From the human T2T-CHM13v2.0 reference genome, Homo sapiens, in NCBI RefSeq assembly GCF_009914755.1, contig NC_060946.1: DNA of 64,000 nucleotides. One strand, 5' to 3'. The notes below the pieces were generated by a model. That model saw only the letters and a list, made by a program, of their open reading frames with translations, was not told the DNA's origin and did not search any database. The position numbers were made by a program, and so were the translations under genes. The stretch's first letter is position 1. Each line of letters starts with the position of its first letter. This document shows, in pieces, positions 42,801 through 56,900 of this stretch.

Positions 42801-45800
42801 TGACATAACCCTGTAGTGATCATCCAGGTGATGGGGCTTTTGTCTAGGCTCTGCCTAAGGGGGCATTGTGACATATTTCTGCATTGATCACCCAGGTGGC
42901 GAACTCTTGTCTCGGATCTGCCTATGGGGGCATTGTGACAAATCTCTGCACTGATCACCCAGGTGATGTAACTGTTGTGTAACCTCTGCCTACAGGGGAA
43001 TTGTGAGAGATCTCGCCACTGATCACCCAAGTGATGTAACCATTGTCTAGGCTTTGCGTACAGGGTGCTTTGTGACATACCTTTGCACTGATCACCCAGG
43101 TGATGTAACACATCTAAGTTCGGCCTAAAGGAGCTTTGTGACATATCTCTGCACTGATCACCCACGTGATGTAACTCTTGCCTAGGCTCTGCCTACAATG
43201 GTCTTGTGACGTATCTCTGCACTGATCACCCAGGTGATATAACTGTTATCTAGGATCTGACCACAGGGTGCTTTGTGACATATCCCTGCAATGATCACCC
43301 AGGTGATATAACTGTTTTCTAGGATCTGACCACAGGGTGTTTTGTGACTTATCCCTGCAATGATCACCCATGTGATATACCACTTGCCAAGGCTCTGCCT
43401 ACAGGGGAATTGCAATGTATCTCTGCACTGATCACCTAGGTCTTGAAACTCTTTTCTAGGATCTGCCTACAGGGTGCTTTGTGATGTATCCCAGCAAGGA
43501 TTACTCAGGTGCTGTACCTCTCATCAAGGCTCTGCCTGCAGGCACATTGCGATGTATCTCTGCACTGATCACCTAGCTCATGTAACTTTTGTCTACGCGC
43601 TGCCTACGATGGCATTGTGACATATCTCTGCACTAATCATCCAAATGATGTAACTCTTGTCTAGGATCTGCCTAAATTAACTTTGTGACATAACCCTGTA
43701 GTGATCATCCAGGTGATGGGGCTTTTGTCTAGGCTCTGCCTAAGGGGGCATTGTGACATATTTCTGCATTGATCACCCAGGTGGCGAACTCTTGTCTCGG
43801 ATCTGCCTATGGGGGCATTGTGACAAATCTCTGCACTGATCACCCAGGTGATGTAACTGTTGTGTAACCTCTGCCTACAGGGGAATTGTGAGAGATCTCG
43901 CCACTGATCACCCAAGTGATGTAACCATTGTCTAGGCTTTGCGTACAGGGTGCTTTGTGACATACCTTTGCACTGATCACCCAGGTGATGTAACACATCT
44001 AAGTTCGGCCTAAAGGAGCTTTGTGACATATCTCTGCACTCATCACTTAGGTGATGTAACACTTTTATAAGCACTGCCTACAGGGAATTTTGACGAATCT
44101 CTGCACTGATCACCTAGGTGATGTAACTCTTGTCTACCTTCTGTCCAACGGGGCATTGTGAAATATCTCTGCACTGATCACCCAGGTGATTCAACTCTTG
44201 ACTAGGATCTGCCTACAGAGGTTATTGTGAAATATCTCTGCACTGATAAACTAAATGGTGTAAACCTTGTCCAAGCTCTGCCTACAGGGGCGTTTTCACA
44301 TATCCCTGAAGTGATGACAAAGGTGATGTAACTTTGCCTAGGCTTTGCCTACAGGGGACATTGGACATATATCTGCACTCATCACCCAGGTGATGCAACT
44401 CTTGCCTAGGCTTTGCCTACAGGGGACATTGTGACATATCTCTTCAATGATCACCCATGTGATGCAACTCTTGCCTAGGCTTGGCCTACAGGGGACATTG
44501 TGTCATATCTCTGCACTGATCTCCCAGGGGCTGTAACTTTAGTCTAGGCTCTGGCTACACGGCATTGTGACATATCACTGCACTGATCAACCAGGTGATA
44601 TAACTCTTGTCTAAGCTCTGCCTCCAGGGGGCTTGTGACATATCTCTGCACTGATCACCCAGGTGATATAACTCTTCTCTAGGATCTGCCTACAGGGTGC
44701 TTTGTGACATATCCCTGCACTGATCACCCAGGTGATCTAACACTGGTCTAAGCTCTGCCTAAAGGGGCATTGTGACAGATCTCTGCACTGATCACTCAGG
44801 TGATGTAACTGTTGTCTAGGCTCTGCTTAAAGAGGCCTTGTTACATATCTCTGCACTGGTCACCCAGGTGATGTAACTCTTGTCTAGGCTCTGCTTCCAG
44901 GGCATATTGTGACATATCTATGCACTGATCACCTTAGTGATGTAACCCTTGTGTAGCCCCGGCCTACAGGGGAATCTTGACCTATCTCTGCACTGTTAAC
45001 CGAGGTGATTTAACTCTTGTCTAGGCTGTGCCCACAGGGGGATTGAGACATATCTCTGCACTGATCCCGAGGTGATCCAACTCTTGCCTGGTCTCTGCCT
45101 ACTAGGGACATTGTGACATATCTCTGCACTGATCTCCCAGGTGCTGTAACTTTAGTCTAGGCTCTGGCTACACGGCATTGTGACATATCTCTGCACTGAT
45201 CACCCATGTGATGTAACTCTTGCCTAGGCTCTGCCTACAATGGTCTTGTGACATATCTCTGCACTGATCACCCAGGTGATATAACTGTTCTCTAGGATCT
45301 GACCACAGGGTGCTTTGTGACATATCCCTGCAATGATCACCCAGGGGATATAACTGTTCTCTAGGATCTGACCACAGGGTGTTTTGTGACTTATCCCTGC
45401 AATGATCACCCAGGTGATATACCACTTGCCAAGGCTCTGCTTACAGGGGAATTGCAATGTATCTCTGCACTGATCACCTAGGTCTTGTAACTCTTTTGTA
45501 GGATCTGCCTACAGGGTGCTTTGTGACGTATCCCAGCAAGGATTACTCAGGTGCTGTACCTCTCATCAAGGTTCTGCCTGCAGGCACATTGCGATGTATC
45601 TCTGCACTGATCACCTAGGTCATGTAACTTTTGTGTACGCTCTGCCTACGATGGCATTGTGACATATCTCTGCACTAATCATCCAAGTGATGTAACCCTT
45701 GTCTAGGATCTGCCTAAATTAACTTTGTGACATAACCCTGTAGTGATCATCCAGGTGATGGGGCTTTTGTCTAGGCTCTGCCTAAGGGGGCATTGAGACA

Positions 45801-47945
45801 TATTTCTGCATTGATCACCCAGGTGGCGAACTCTTCTCTCGGATCTGCCTATGGGGTCATTGTGACAAATCTCTGCACTGATCACCCAGGTGATGTAACT
45901 GTTGTGTAACCTCTGCCTACAGGGGAATTGTGAGAGATCTCGCCACTGATCACTCAAGTGATGTAACCATTGTCTAGGCTTTGCTTACAGGGTGCTTTGT
46001 GACATACCTTTGCACTGATCACCCAGGTGATGTAACACATCTAAGTTCGGCCTAAAGGAGCTTTGTGACATATCTCTGCACTCATCACTTAGGTGATGTA
46101 ACACTTTTATAAGCACTGCCTACAAGGAATTTTGACGAATCTCTGCACTGACCACCTAGGTGATGTAACACTTGTCTACCCTCTGTCCAACGGGGCATTG
46201 TGAAATATCTCTGCACTCATCACCCAGGTGATTCAACTCTTGAATAGGATCTGCCTACAGAGGTTATTGTGAAATATTTCTGCACTGATAAACTAAGTGG
46301 TGTAACCCTTGTCCAAGCTCTGCCTACATGGGCGTTTTCACATATCACTGAAGTGATGACAAAGGTGATGTAACTCTTGCCTAGGCTTTGCCTACAGGGG
46401 ACATTGGACATATATCTGCACTGCTCACCCAGGTGATGCAACTCTTGCCTAGGCTTTGCCTACAGGGGACATTGTGACATATCTCTTCAATGATCACCCA
46501 TGTGATGCAACTCTTGCCTAGGCTTTGCCTACAGGGGACATTGTGACATATCTCTGCACTGATCACTTAGGTGATGTAACACTTTTATAAGCACTGCCTA
46601 CAGGGAATTTTGACGAATCTCTGCACTGATCACCTAGGTGATGTAACTCTTGTCTACCCTCTGTCCAACGGGGCATTGTGAAATATCTCGGCACTGATCA
46701 CCCAGGTGATTCAACTCTTGACTAGGATCTGCCTACAGAGTTTATTGTGAAATATCTCTGCACTTATAAACTAAGTGGTGTAACCCTTATCCTAGCTCTG
46801 CCTACAGGGGCGTTTTCACATATCCCTGAAGTGATGACAAAGGTGATGTAAATTTGCCTAGGCTTTGCCTACAGGGGACATTGGACATATATCTGCACTG
46901 ATCACCCAGGTGATGCAACTCTTGCCTAGGCTTTGCCTACAGGGGACATTGTGACATATCTCTTCAATGATCACCCATGTGATGCAACTCTTGCCTAGGC
47001 TTTGCCTAGAGGGGACATTGTGACATATCTCTGCACTGACCTCCCAGGGGCTGTAACTATAGTCTAGGCTCTGGCTACACGGCATTGTGACATATCACTG
47101 CACTGATCAACCAGGTGATATAACTCTTTTCTAGGCTCTGCCTCCAGGGGGCTTGTGACATAACACTGCACTGATCACCCAGGTGATATAACCCTTCTCT
47201 AGGATCTGCCTACAGGGTGCTTTGTGACATATCACTGCACTGATCACCCAGGTGATCTAACACTGGTCTAAGCTCTGCCTAAAGGGGCATTGTGACAGAT
47301 CTCTGCACTGATCACTCAGGTGATGTAACTGTTGTCTAGGCTCTGCGTAAAGAGGCCTTGTCACATATCTTTGCACTGGTCACCCAGGTGATGTAACTCT
47401 TGTCTAGGCTCTGCTTCCAGGGCATATTGTGACAAATCTATGCACTGATCACCTTAGTGATGTAACCCTTGTGTAGGCTCGGCCTACAGGGGAATCTTGA
47501 CCTATCTCTACACTGTTAACCGAGGTGATTTAACTCTTCTCTAGGCAGTGCCCACAGGGGGATTGAGACATATCTCTGCACTGATCCCGAAGTGATCCAA
47601 CTCTTGCCTGCTCTCTGCCTACTAGGGACATTGTGACATATCTCTGCACTGATCTCCCAGGTGCTGTAACTTTAGTCTAGGCTCTGGCTACACGGCATTG
47701 TGACATATCTCTGCACTGATCACCCACGTGATGTAACTCTTGCCTAGGCTCTGCCTACAATGGTCTTGTGACATATCTCTGCACTGATCACCCAGGTGAT
47801 ATAACTGTTCTCTAGGATCTGACCACAGGGTGTTTTGTGACTTATCCCTGCAATGATCACCCAGGTGATATACCATTTGCCAAGGCTCTGCCTACAGGGG
47901 CATTGTAATGTATCTCTGCACTGATCACCTAGGTCTTGTAACTCT
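18851..47945. repeat. Beta-satellite HOR subtype A, modal unit 2042 bp (30 monomers), length-variable
   Basis: The monomer carrying CCTAAATTAACTTTGTG starts at 19837, 21811, 23309, 24808, 26511, 28689, 30525, 32566, 34539, 36650, 38692, 40734, 42776, 43661 and 45703. Diagnostic variants: TCTAACACTGGTCTAAG, AAAGAGGCC, GGGAATCTTGACC, GATCCCGAAGTG, AAACTAAGTGGTG. Confidence 0.92.
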
Positions 47946-50900
47946 TTTCTAGGATCTGCCCACAGGGTGCCTTGTGACGTATCCCAGCAAGGATTACCCA
48001 GGTGATGTACCTCTCATCAAGGCTCTGCCTACAGGCACATTGCGATGTCTCTCTGCACTGATCACCTAGGTCATGTAACTTTTGTCTAGGCTCTGCCTAC
48101 GATGGCATTGTGACATATCTCTGCACTAATCATCCAAATGATGTAACCCTTGTCTAGGATCTGCCTAAATTAACTTTGTGACATAACCCTGTACTGCTCA
48201 TCCAGGTGATGGGGCTTTTTTCTAGGCTCTGCCTGAGCGGGCATTGTGACATATTTCTGCATTGATCACCCAGGTGGCGAACTCTTCTCTTGGATCTGCC
48301 TATGGGGGCATTGTGACAAATCTCTGCACTGATCACCCAGGTGATGTAACTGTTGTGTAACCTCTGCCTACAGGGGAATTGTGAGAGATCTCGCCACTGA
48401 TCACCCAAGTGATGTAACCATTGTCTAGGCTTTGCGTACAGGGGGCTTTGTGACATACCTTTGCACTGATCACCCAGGTGATGTAACACATCTAAGTTCG
48501 GCCTAAAGGAGCTTTGTGACATATCTCTGCACTGATCACTTAGGTGATGGAACACTTTTATAAGCACTGCCTACAGGGAATTTTGACAAATCTCTGCACT
48601 GGTCACCTAGGTGATGTAACGCTTGTCTACCCTCTGTCCAACGGGGCATTGTGAAATATCTCTGCACTGATAACCCAGGTGATTCAACTCTTGACTAGGA
48701 TCTGCCTACAGAGGTTATTGTGAAATATCTCTGCACTGATAAACTAGGTGGTGTAATCCTTATCGAAGCTCTGTGTACAGGGGCGTTTTCACATATCCCT
48801 GAAGTGATGACAAAGGTGATGTAACTCTTGCCTAGGCTTTGCCTACAGGGGACATAGGAGATATATCTGCACTGATCACCCAGGTGATGCAACTCTAGCC
48901 TAGGCTTTGCCTACAGGGGACATTGTGACATATCTCTGCACTGATCTCCCAGGTGTTGTAACATTAGTCTAGACCCTGGCTGCACAGCATTGTGACATAT
49001 CACTGCACTGATCAACCAGGTGATATAACTCTTGTCTAGGCTCTGCCTACAGGGGGCTTGTGACATATCTCTGCACTGATCACCCAGGTGATATAACTCT
49101 TCTCTAGGATCTGCCTACAGGGTGCTTTGTGACATATCCCTGCAATGATCACCCAGGTGATCTAACACTTGTTTAAGCTCTGCCTAAAGGCGCATTGTGA
49201 CAGATCTCTGCACTGATCACTCAGGTGATGTAACTATTGCCTAGGCTCTGCTTAAAGGGGCCTTGTCACATATCTCTGCAATGATCACCCAGGTGATGTA
49301 ACTCTTGTCTAGCCTCTGCTTTCACGGCATATTGTGACATATCTAGGCGCTGATCACCTTAGTGATGTAACACTTGTGTAGGCTCGGCCTACAGGGGAAT
49401 ATTGACAAATCTCTGCACTGTTAAACGAGGTGATTTAACTCTTGTCTAGGCTGTGCCCACAGGGGGATTGAGACATATCTCTGCACTGATACCGAGGTGA
49501 TCAAACTGTTGCCTGTTCTCTGCCTACTGGGGACATTGTGACATATCTCTGCACTGATCTCCCAGGTGCTGTAACTTTAGTCTAGGCTCTGGCTACAAGG
49601 CATTGTGACATATCACTGCACTGATCACCCAGGTGATATAAATCTTGTCTAGGATCTGCCTACAATGGCCTTGTGACATATCTCTGCACTGATCACCCAG
49701 GTGATATAACTCTTCTCTAGTATCTGACCACAGGGTGCTTTGTGGCATTTCCCTGCAATGATCACCCAGGTGATATACCACTTGCCAAGGCTCTGCCTAC
49801 AGGGGCATTGCAATGTATCTCTGCACTGATCACCTCGGTCTTGTAACTCCTTTCTAGGATCTGCCCACAGGGTGCCTTGTGACGTATCCCAGCAAGGATT
49901 ACCCAGGTGATGTACCTCTCATCAAGGCTCTGCCTACAGGCACATTGCGATGTATCTCTGCACTGATCACCTAGGTCATGTAACTTTTGTCTAGGCTCTG
50001 CCTACGATGGCATTGTGACATATCTCTGCACTAATCATCCAAGTGATGTAACCCTTGTCTAGGATCTGCCTAAATTAACTTTGTGACATAACCCTGTACT
50101 GATCATCCAGGTGATGGGGCTTTTGTCTAGGCTCTGCCTAAGGGGGCATTGTGACATATTTCTGCATTGATCACCCAGGTGGCGAACTCTTCTCTTGGAT
50201 CTGCCTATGGGGGCATTGTGACAAATCTCTGCACTGATCACCCAGGTGATGTAACTGTTGTGTAACCTCTGCCTTCAGGGGAATTGTGAGAGATCTTGCC
50301 ACTGATCACCCAAGTGATGTAACCATTGTCTAGGCTTTGCGTACAGGGGGCTTTGTGACATACCTTTGCACTGATCACCCAGGTGATGTAACACATCTAA
50401 GTTCGGCCTAAAGGAGCATTGTGACATATCTCTGCACTGATCACTTAGGTGATGGAACACTTTTATAAGCACTGCCTACAGGGAATTTTGACAAATCCCT
50501 GCACTGATCACCTAGGTGATGTAACGCTTGTCTACCCTCTGTCCAACGGGGCATTGTGAAATATCTCTGCACTGATCACCCAGGTGATTCAACTCTTGAC
50601 TAGGATCTGCCTACAGAGGTTATTGTGAAATATCTCTGCACTGATAAACTAGGTGGTGTAATCCTTATCGAAGCTCTGCCTACAGGGGCGTTTTCACATA
50701 TCCCTGAAGTGATGACAAAGGTGATGTAACTCTTGCTTAGGCTTTGCCTACAGGGGACATAGGACATATATCTGCACTGATCACCCAGGTGATGCAACTC
50801 TAGCCTAGGCTTTGCCTACAGGGGACATTGTGACATATCGCTTCAATGATCACCCATGTGATGCAACTCTTGCCTAGGCTTTGCCTACAGGGGACATTGT

Positions 50901-53900
50901 GACATATCTCTGCACTGATCTCCCAGGTGCTGTAACATTAGTCTAGACTCTGGCTACACGGCATTGTGACATATCACTGCACTGATCAACCAGGTGATAT
51001 AATTCTAGTCTAGGCTCTGCCTCCAGGGGGCTTGTGACATATCTCTGCACAGATCACCTAGGTGATATAACTCTTCTCTAGGATCTGCCTACAGGGTGCT
51101 TTGCGACATATCCCTGCAATGATCACCCAGGTGATCTAACTCTTGTTTAAGCTCTGCCTAAAGGGGCCTTGTGACAGATCTCTGTACTGATCACTCAGGT
51201 GATGTAACTATTGTCTAGGCTCTGCTTAAAGGGGCCTTGTCACATACCACTGCACTGATCACCCAGGTGATGTAACTCTTGTCTAGCCTCTGCTTTCACG
51301 GCATATTGTGACATATCTATGCGCTGATCACCTTAGTGATGTAACACTTGTGTAGGCTCGGCCTACAGGGGAATATTGACATATCTCTGCACTGTTAACC
51401 GATGTGATTTATCTCTTGTCTAGGCTGTGCCCACAGGGGGATTGAGACATGTCTCTGCACTGATCCCGAGGTGATCCAACTGTTGCCTGGTCTCTGCCTA
51501 CTGGGGACATTGTGACATATCTCTGCACTGATCTCCCAGGTGCTGTAACTTTAGTCTAGGCTCTGGTTACACGGCATTGTGACATATCACTGCACTGATC
51601 ACCCAGGTGATATAAATCTTGTCTAGGCTCTGCCTACAATGGCCTTGTGACATATCTCTGCACTGATCACCCAGGTGATATAACTCTTCTCTAGGATCTG
51701 ACCACAGGGTGCTTTGTGGCATTTCCCTGCAATGATCACCCAGGTGATATACCACTTGCCAAGGCTCTGCCTACAGGGGCATTGCAATGTATCTCTGCAC
51801 TGATCACCTCGGTCTTGTAACTCTTTTCTAGGATCTGCCCATTGGGTGCCTTGTGACGTATCCCAGCAAGGATTACCCAGGTGATGTACCTCTCATCAAG
51901 GCTCTGCCTACAGGCACATTGCGATGTATCTCTTCACTGATCACGTAGGTCATGTAACTTTTGTCTAGGCTCTGCCTACGATGGCATTGTGACATATCTC
52001 TGCACTAATCATCCAAGTGATGTAACCCTTGTCTAGGATCTGCCTAAATTAACTTTGTGACATAACCCTGTACTGATCATCCAGGTGATGGGGCTTTTGT
52101 CTAGGCTCTGCCTAAGGGGGCATTGTGACATATTTCTGCATTGATCACCAAGGTGGCGAACTCTTCTCTTGGATCTGCCTATGGGGGCATTGTGACAAAT
52201 CTCTGCACTGATCACCCAGGTGATGTAACTGTTGTGTAACCTCTGCCTACAGGGGAATTGTGAGAGATCTCTCCACTGATCACCCAAGTGATGTAACCAT
52301 TGTCTAGGCTTTGCGTACAGGGGGCTTTGTGACATACGTTTGCACTGATCACCCAGGTGATGTAACACATCTAAGTTCGGCCTAAAGGAGCTTTGTGACA
52401 TATCTGTGCACTGATCACTTAGGTGATGGAACACTTTTATAAGCACTGCCTACAGGGAATTTTGACAAATCTCTGCACTGATCACGTAGGTGATGTAACG
52501 CTTGTCTACCCTCTGTCCAACGGGGCATTGTGAAATATCTCTGCACTGATCACCCAGGTGATTCAACTCTTGACTAGGATCTGCCTACAGAGGTTATTGT
52601 GAAATATCTCTGCACTGATAAACTAGGTGGTGTAATCCTTATCGAAGCTCTGCCTACAGGGGCGTTTTCACATATCCCTGAAGTGATGACAAAGGTGATG
52701 TAACTCTTGCCTAGGCTTTGCCTACAGGGGACATAGGACATATATCTGCACTGATCACCCAGGTGATGCAACTCTAGCCTAGGCTTTGCCTACAGGGGAC
52801 ATTGTGACATATCGCTTCAATGATCACCCATGTGATGCAACTCTTGCCTAGGCTTTGCCTACAGGGGACATTGTGACATATCTCTGCACTGATCTCCCAG
52901 GTGCTGTAACAGTAGTGTAGACTCTGGCTACACGGCATTGTGACATATCACTGCACTGATCAACCAGGTGATATAACTCTTTTCTAGGCCCTGCCTACAG
53001 GGGGCTTCTGACATATCTCTGCACTGATCACCCAGGTGATATAACTCTTCTCTGGGATCTGCCTACAGGGTGCTTTGCGACATATCCCTGCAATGATCAC
53101 CCAGGTGATCTAACTCTTGCTTATGCTCTGCCTAAAGGGGCCTTTTGACAGATATCTGCACTGATCACTCAGGTGATGTAACTATTTTCTAGGCTCTGCT
53201 TAAAGGGGCCTTTTCACATACCTCTGCACTGATCACCCAGGTGCTGTAACTCTTGTCTAGCCTCTGCTTTCACGGCATATTGTGACATATCTATGCGCTG
53301 ACCACCTTAGTGATGAAACACTTGTGTAGGCTCGGCCTACAGGGGAATATTGACATATCTCTGCACTGTTAACCGAGGTGATTTAACTCTTGTCTAGGCT
53401 GTGCCCACAGGGGGATTGAGACATGTCTCTGCACTGATCCCGAGGTGATCCAACTGTTGCCTGGTCTCTGCCTACTGGGGACATTGTGACATATCTCTGC
53501 ACTGATCTCCCAGGTGCTGTAACTTTAGTCTAGGCTCTGGCTACACGGCATTGTGACATATCACTGCACTGATCACCCAGGTGATATAAATCTTGTCTAG
53601 GCTCTGCCTACAATGGCCTTGTGACATATCTCTGCACTGATCACCCAGGTGATATAACTCTTCTCTAGGATCTGACCACAGGGTGCTTTGTGGCATTTCC
53701 CTGTAATGATCACCCAGGTGATATACCACTTGACAAGGCTCTGCCTACAGGGACATTGCAATGTATCTCTGCACTGATCACCTCGGTCTTGTAACTCTTT
53801 TCTAGGATCTGCCCATTGGGTGCCTTGTGACGTGTCCCAGCAAGGATTACCCACGTGATGTACCTCTCATCAAGGCTCTGCCTACAGGCACATTGCGATG

Positions 53901-56900
53901 TATCTCTGCAGTGATCACCTAGGTCATGTAACTTTTGTCTAGGCTCTGCCTACGATGGCATTGTGACATATCTCTGCACTAATCATCCAAGTGATGTAAC
54001 CCTTGTCTAGGATCTGCCTAAATTAACTTTGTGACATAACCCTGTACTGATCATCCAGGTGATGGGGCTTTTGTCTAGGCTCTGCCTAAGGGGGCATTGT
54101 GACATATTTCTGCATTGATCACCAAGGTGGCGAACTCTTCTCTTGGATCTGCCTATGGGGGCATTGTGACAAATCTCTGCACTGATCACCCAGGTGATGT
54201 AACTGTTGTGTAACCTCTGCCTACAGGGGAATTGTGAGAGATCTCTCCACTGATCACCCAAGTGATGTAACCATTGTCTAGGCTTTGCGTACAGGGGGCT
54301 TTGTGACATACCTTTGCACTGATCACCCAGGTGATGTAACACATCTAAGTTCGGCCTAAAGGAGCTTTGTGACATATCTGTGCACTGATCACTTAGGTGA
54401 TGGAACACTTTTATAAGCACTGCCTACAGGGAATTTTGACAAATCTCTGCACTGATCACCTAGGTGATGTAACGCTTGTCTACCCTCTGTCCAACGGGGC
54501 ATTGTGAAATATCTCTGCACTGATCACCCAGGTGATTCAACTCTTGACTAGGATCTGCATACAGAGGAAATTGTGAAATATATCTGCACTGATAAACTAG
54601 GTGGTGTAATCCTTATCGAAGCTCTGCCTACAGGGGCGTTTTCACATATCCCTGAAGTGATGACAAAGGTGATGTAACTCTTGCCTAGGCTTTGCCTACA
54701 GGGGACATAGGACATATATCTGCACTGATCACCCAGGTGATGCAACTCTAGCCTAGGCTTTGCCTACAGGGGACATTGTGACATATCGCTTCAATGATCA
54801 CCCATGTGATGCAACTCTTGCCTAGGCTTTGCCTACAGGGGACATTGTGACATATCTCTGCACTGATCTCCCAGGTGCTGTAACAGTAGTGTAGACTCTG
54901 GCTACACGGCATTGTGACATATCACTGCACTGATCAACCAGGTGATATAACTCTTTTCTAGGCCCTGCCTACAGGGGGCTTCTGACATATCTCTGCACTG
55001 ATCACCCAGGTGATATAACTCTTCTCTGGGATCTGCCTACAGGGTGCTTTGCGACATATCCCTGCAATGATCACCCAGGTGATCTAACTCTTGCTTATGC
55101 TCTGCCTAAAGGGGCCTTTTGACAGATATCTGCACTGATCACTCAGGTGATGTAACTATTTTCTAGGCTCTGCTTAAAGGGGCCTTTTCACATACCTCTG
55201 CACTGATCACCCAGGTGCTGTAACTCTTGTCTAGCCTCTGCTTTCACGGCATATTGTGACATATCTATGCGCTGACCACCTTAGTGATGAAACACTTGTG
55301 TAGGCTCGGCCTACAGGGGAATATTGACATATCTCTGCACTGTTAACCGAGGTGATTTAACTCTTCTCTAGGCTGTGCCCACAGGGGGATTGAGACATGT
55401 CTCTGCACTGATCCCGAGGTGATCCAACTGTTGCCTGGTCTCTGCCTACTGGGGACATTGTGACATATCTCTGCACTGATCTCCCAGGTGCTGTAACTTT
55501 AGTCTAGGCTCTGGCTACACGGCATTGTGACATATCACTGCACTGATCACCCAGGTGATATAAATCTTGTCTAGGCTCTGCCTACAATGGCCTTGTGACA
55601 TATCTCTGCACTGATCACCCAGGTGATATAACTCTTCTCTAGGATCTGACCACAGGGTGCTTTGTGGCATTTCCCTGCAATGATCACCCAGGTGATATAC
55701 CACTTGCCAAGGCTCTCACTACAGGGGCATTGCAATGTATCTCTGCACTGATCACCTCGGTCTTGTAAATCTTTTCTAGGATCTGCCCACAGGGTGCCTT
55801 GTGACGTATCCCAGCAAAGATTACCCAGGTGATGTACCTCTCATCAAGGCTCTGCCTACAGGCACATGGCGATGTATCTCTGCACTGATCACCTAGGTCA
55901 TGTAACTTTTGTCTAGGCTCTGCCTACGATGGCATTGTGACATATCTCTGCACTAATCATCCAAGTGATGTAACCCTTGTCTAGGATCTGCCTAAATTAA
56001 CTTTGTGACATAACCCTGTACTGATCATCCAGGTTATGGGGCTTTTGTCTAGGCTCTGCCTAAGGGGGCATTGTGACATATTTCTGCATTGACCACCCAG
56101 GTGGCGAACTCTTCTCTGGGATCTGCCTATGGGGGCATTGTGACAAATCTCTGCACTGATCACCCAGGTGATGTAACTGTTGTGTAACCTCTGCCTACAG
56201 GGGAATTGTGAGAGATCTCGCCACTGATCACCCAAGTGATGTAACCATTGTCTAGGCTTTGCGTACAGGGGGCTTTGTGACATACCTTTGCACTGATCAC
56301 CCAGGTGATGTAACACATCTAAGTTCGGCCTAAAGGAGCTTTGTGACATATCTGTGCACTGATCACTTAGGTGATGGAAAACTTTTATAAGCACTGCCTA
56401 CAGGGAATTTTGACAAATCTCTGCACTGATCACGTAGGTGATGTAACGCTTGTCTACCCTCTGTCCAACGGGGCATTGTGAAATATCTCTGCACTGATCA
56501 CCCAGGTGATTCAACTCTTGACTAGGATCTGCCTACAGAGGTTATTGTGAAATATCTCTGCACTGATAAACTAGGTGGTGTAATCCTTATCGAAGCTCTG
56601 CCTACAGGGGCGTTTTCACATATCCCTGAAGTGATGACAAAGGTGATGTAACTCTTGCCTAGGCTTTGCCTACATGGGACATAGGACATATATCTGCACT
56701 GATCACCCAGGTGATGCAACTCTAGCCTAGGCTTTGCCTACAGGGGACATTGTGACATATCGCTTCAATGATCACCCATGTGATGCAACTCTTGCCTAGG
56801 CTTTGCCTACAGGGGACATTGTGACATATCTCTACACTGATCTCCCAGGTGCTGTAACATTAGTCTAGACTCTGGCTACACGGCATTGTGACATATCACT

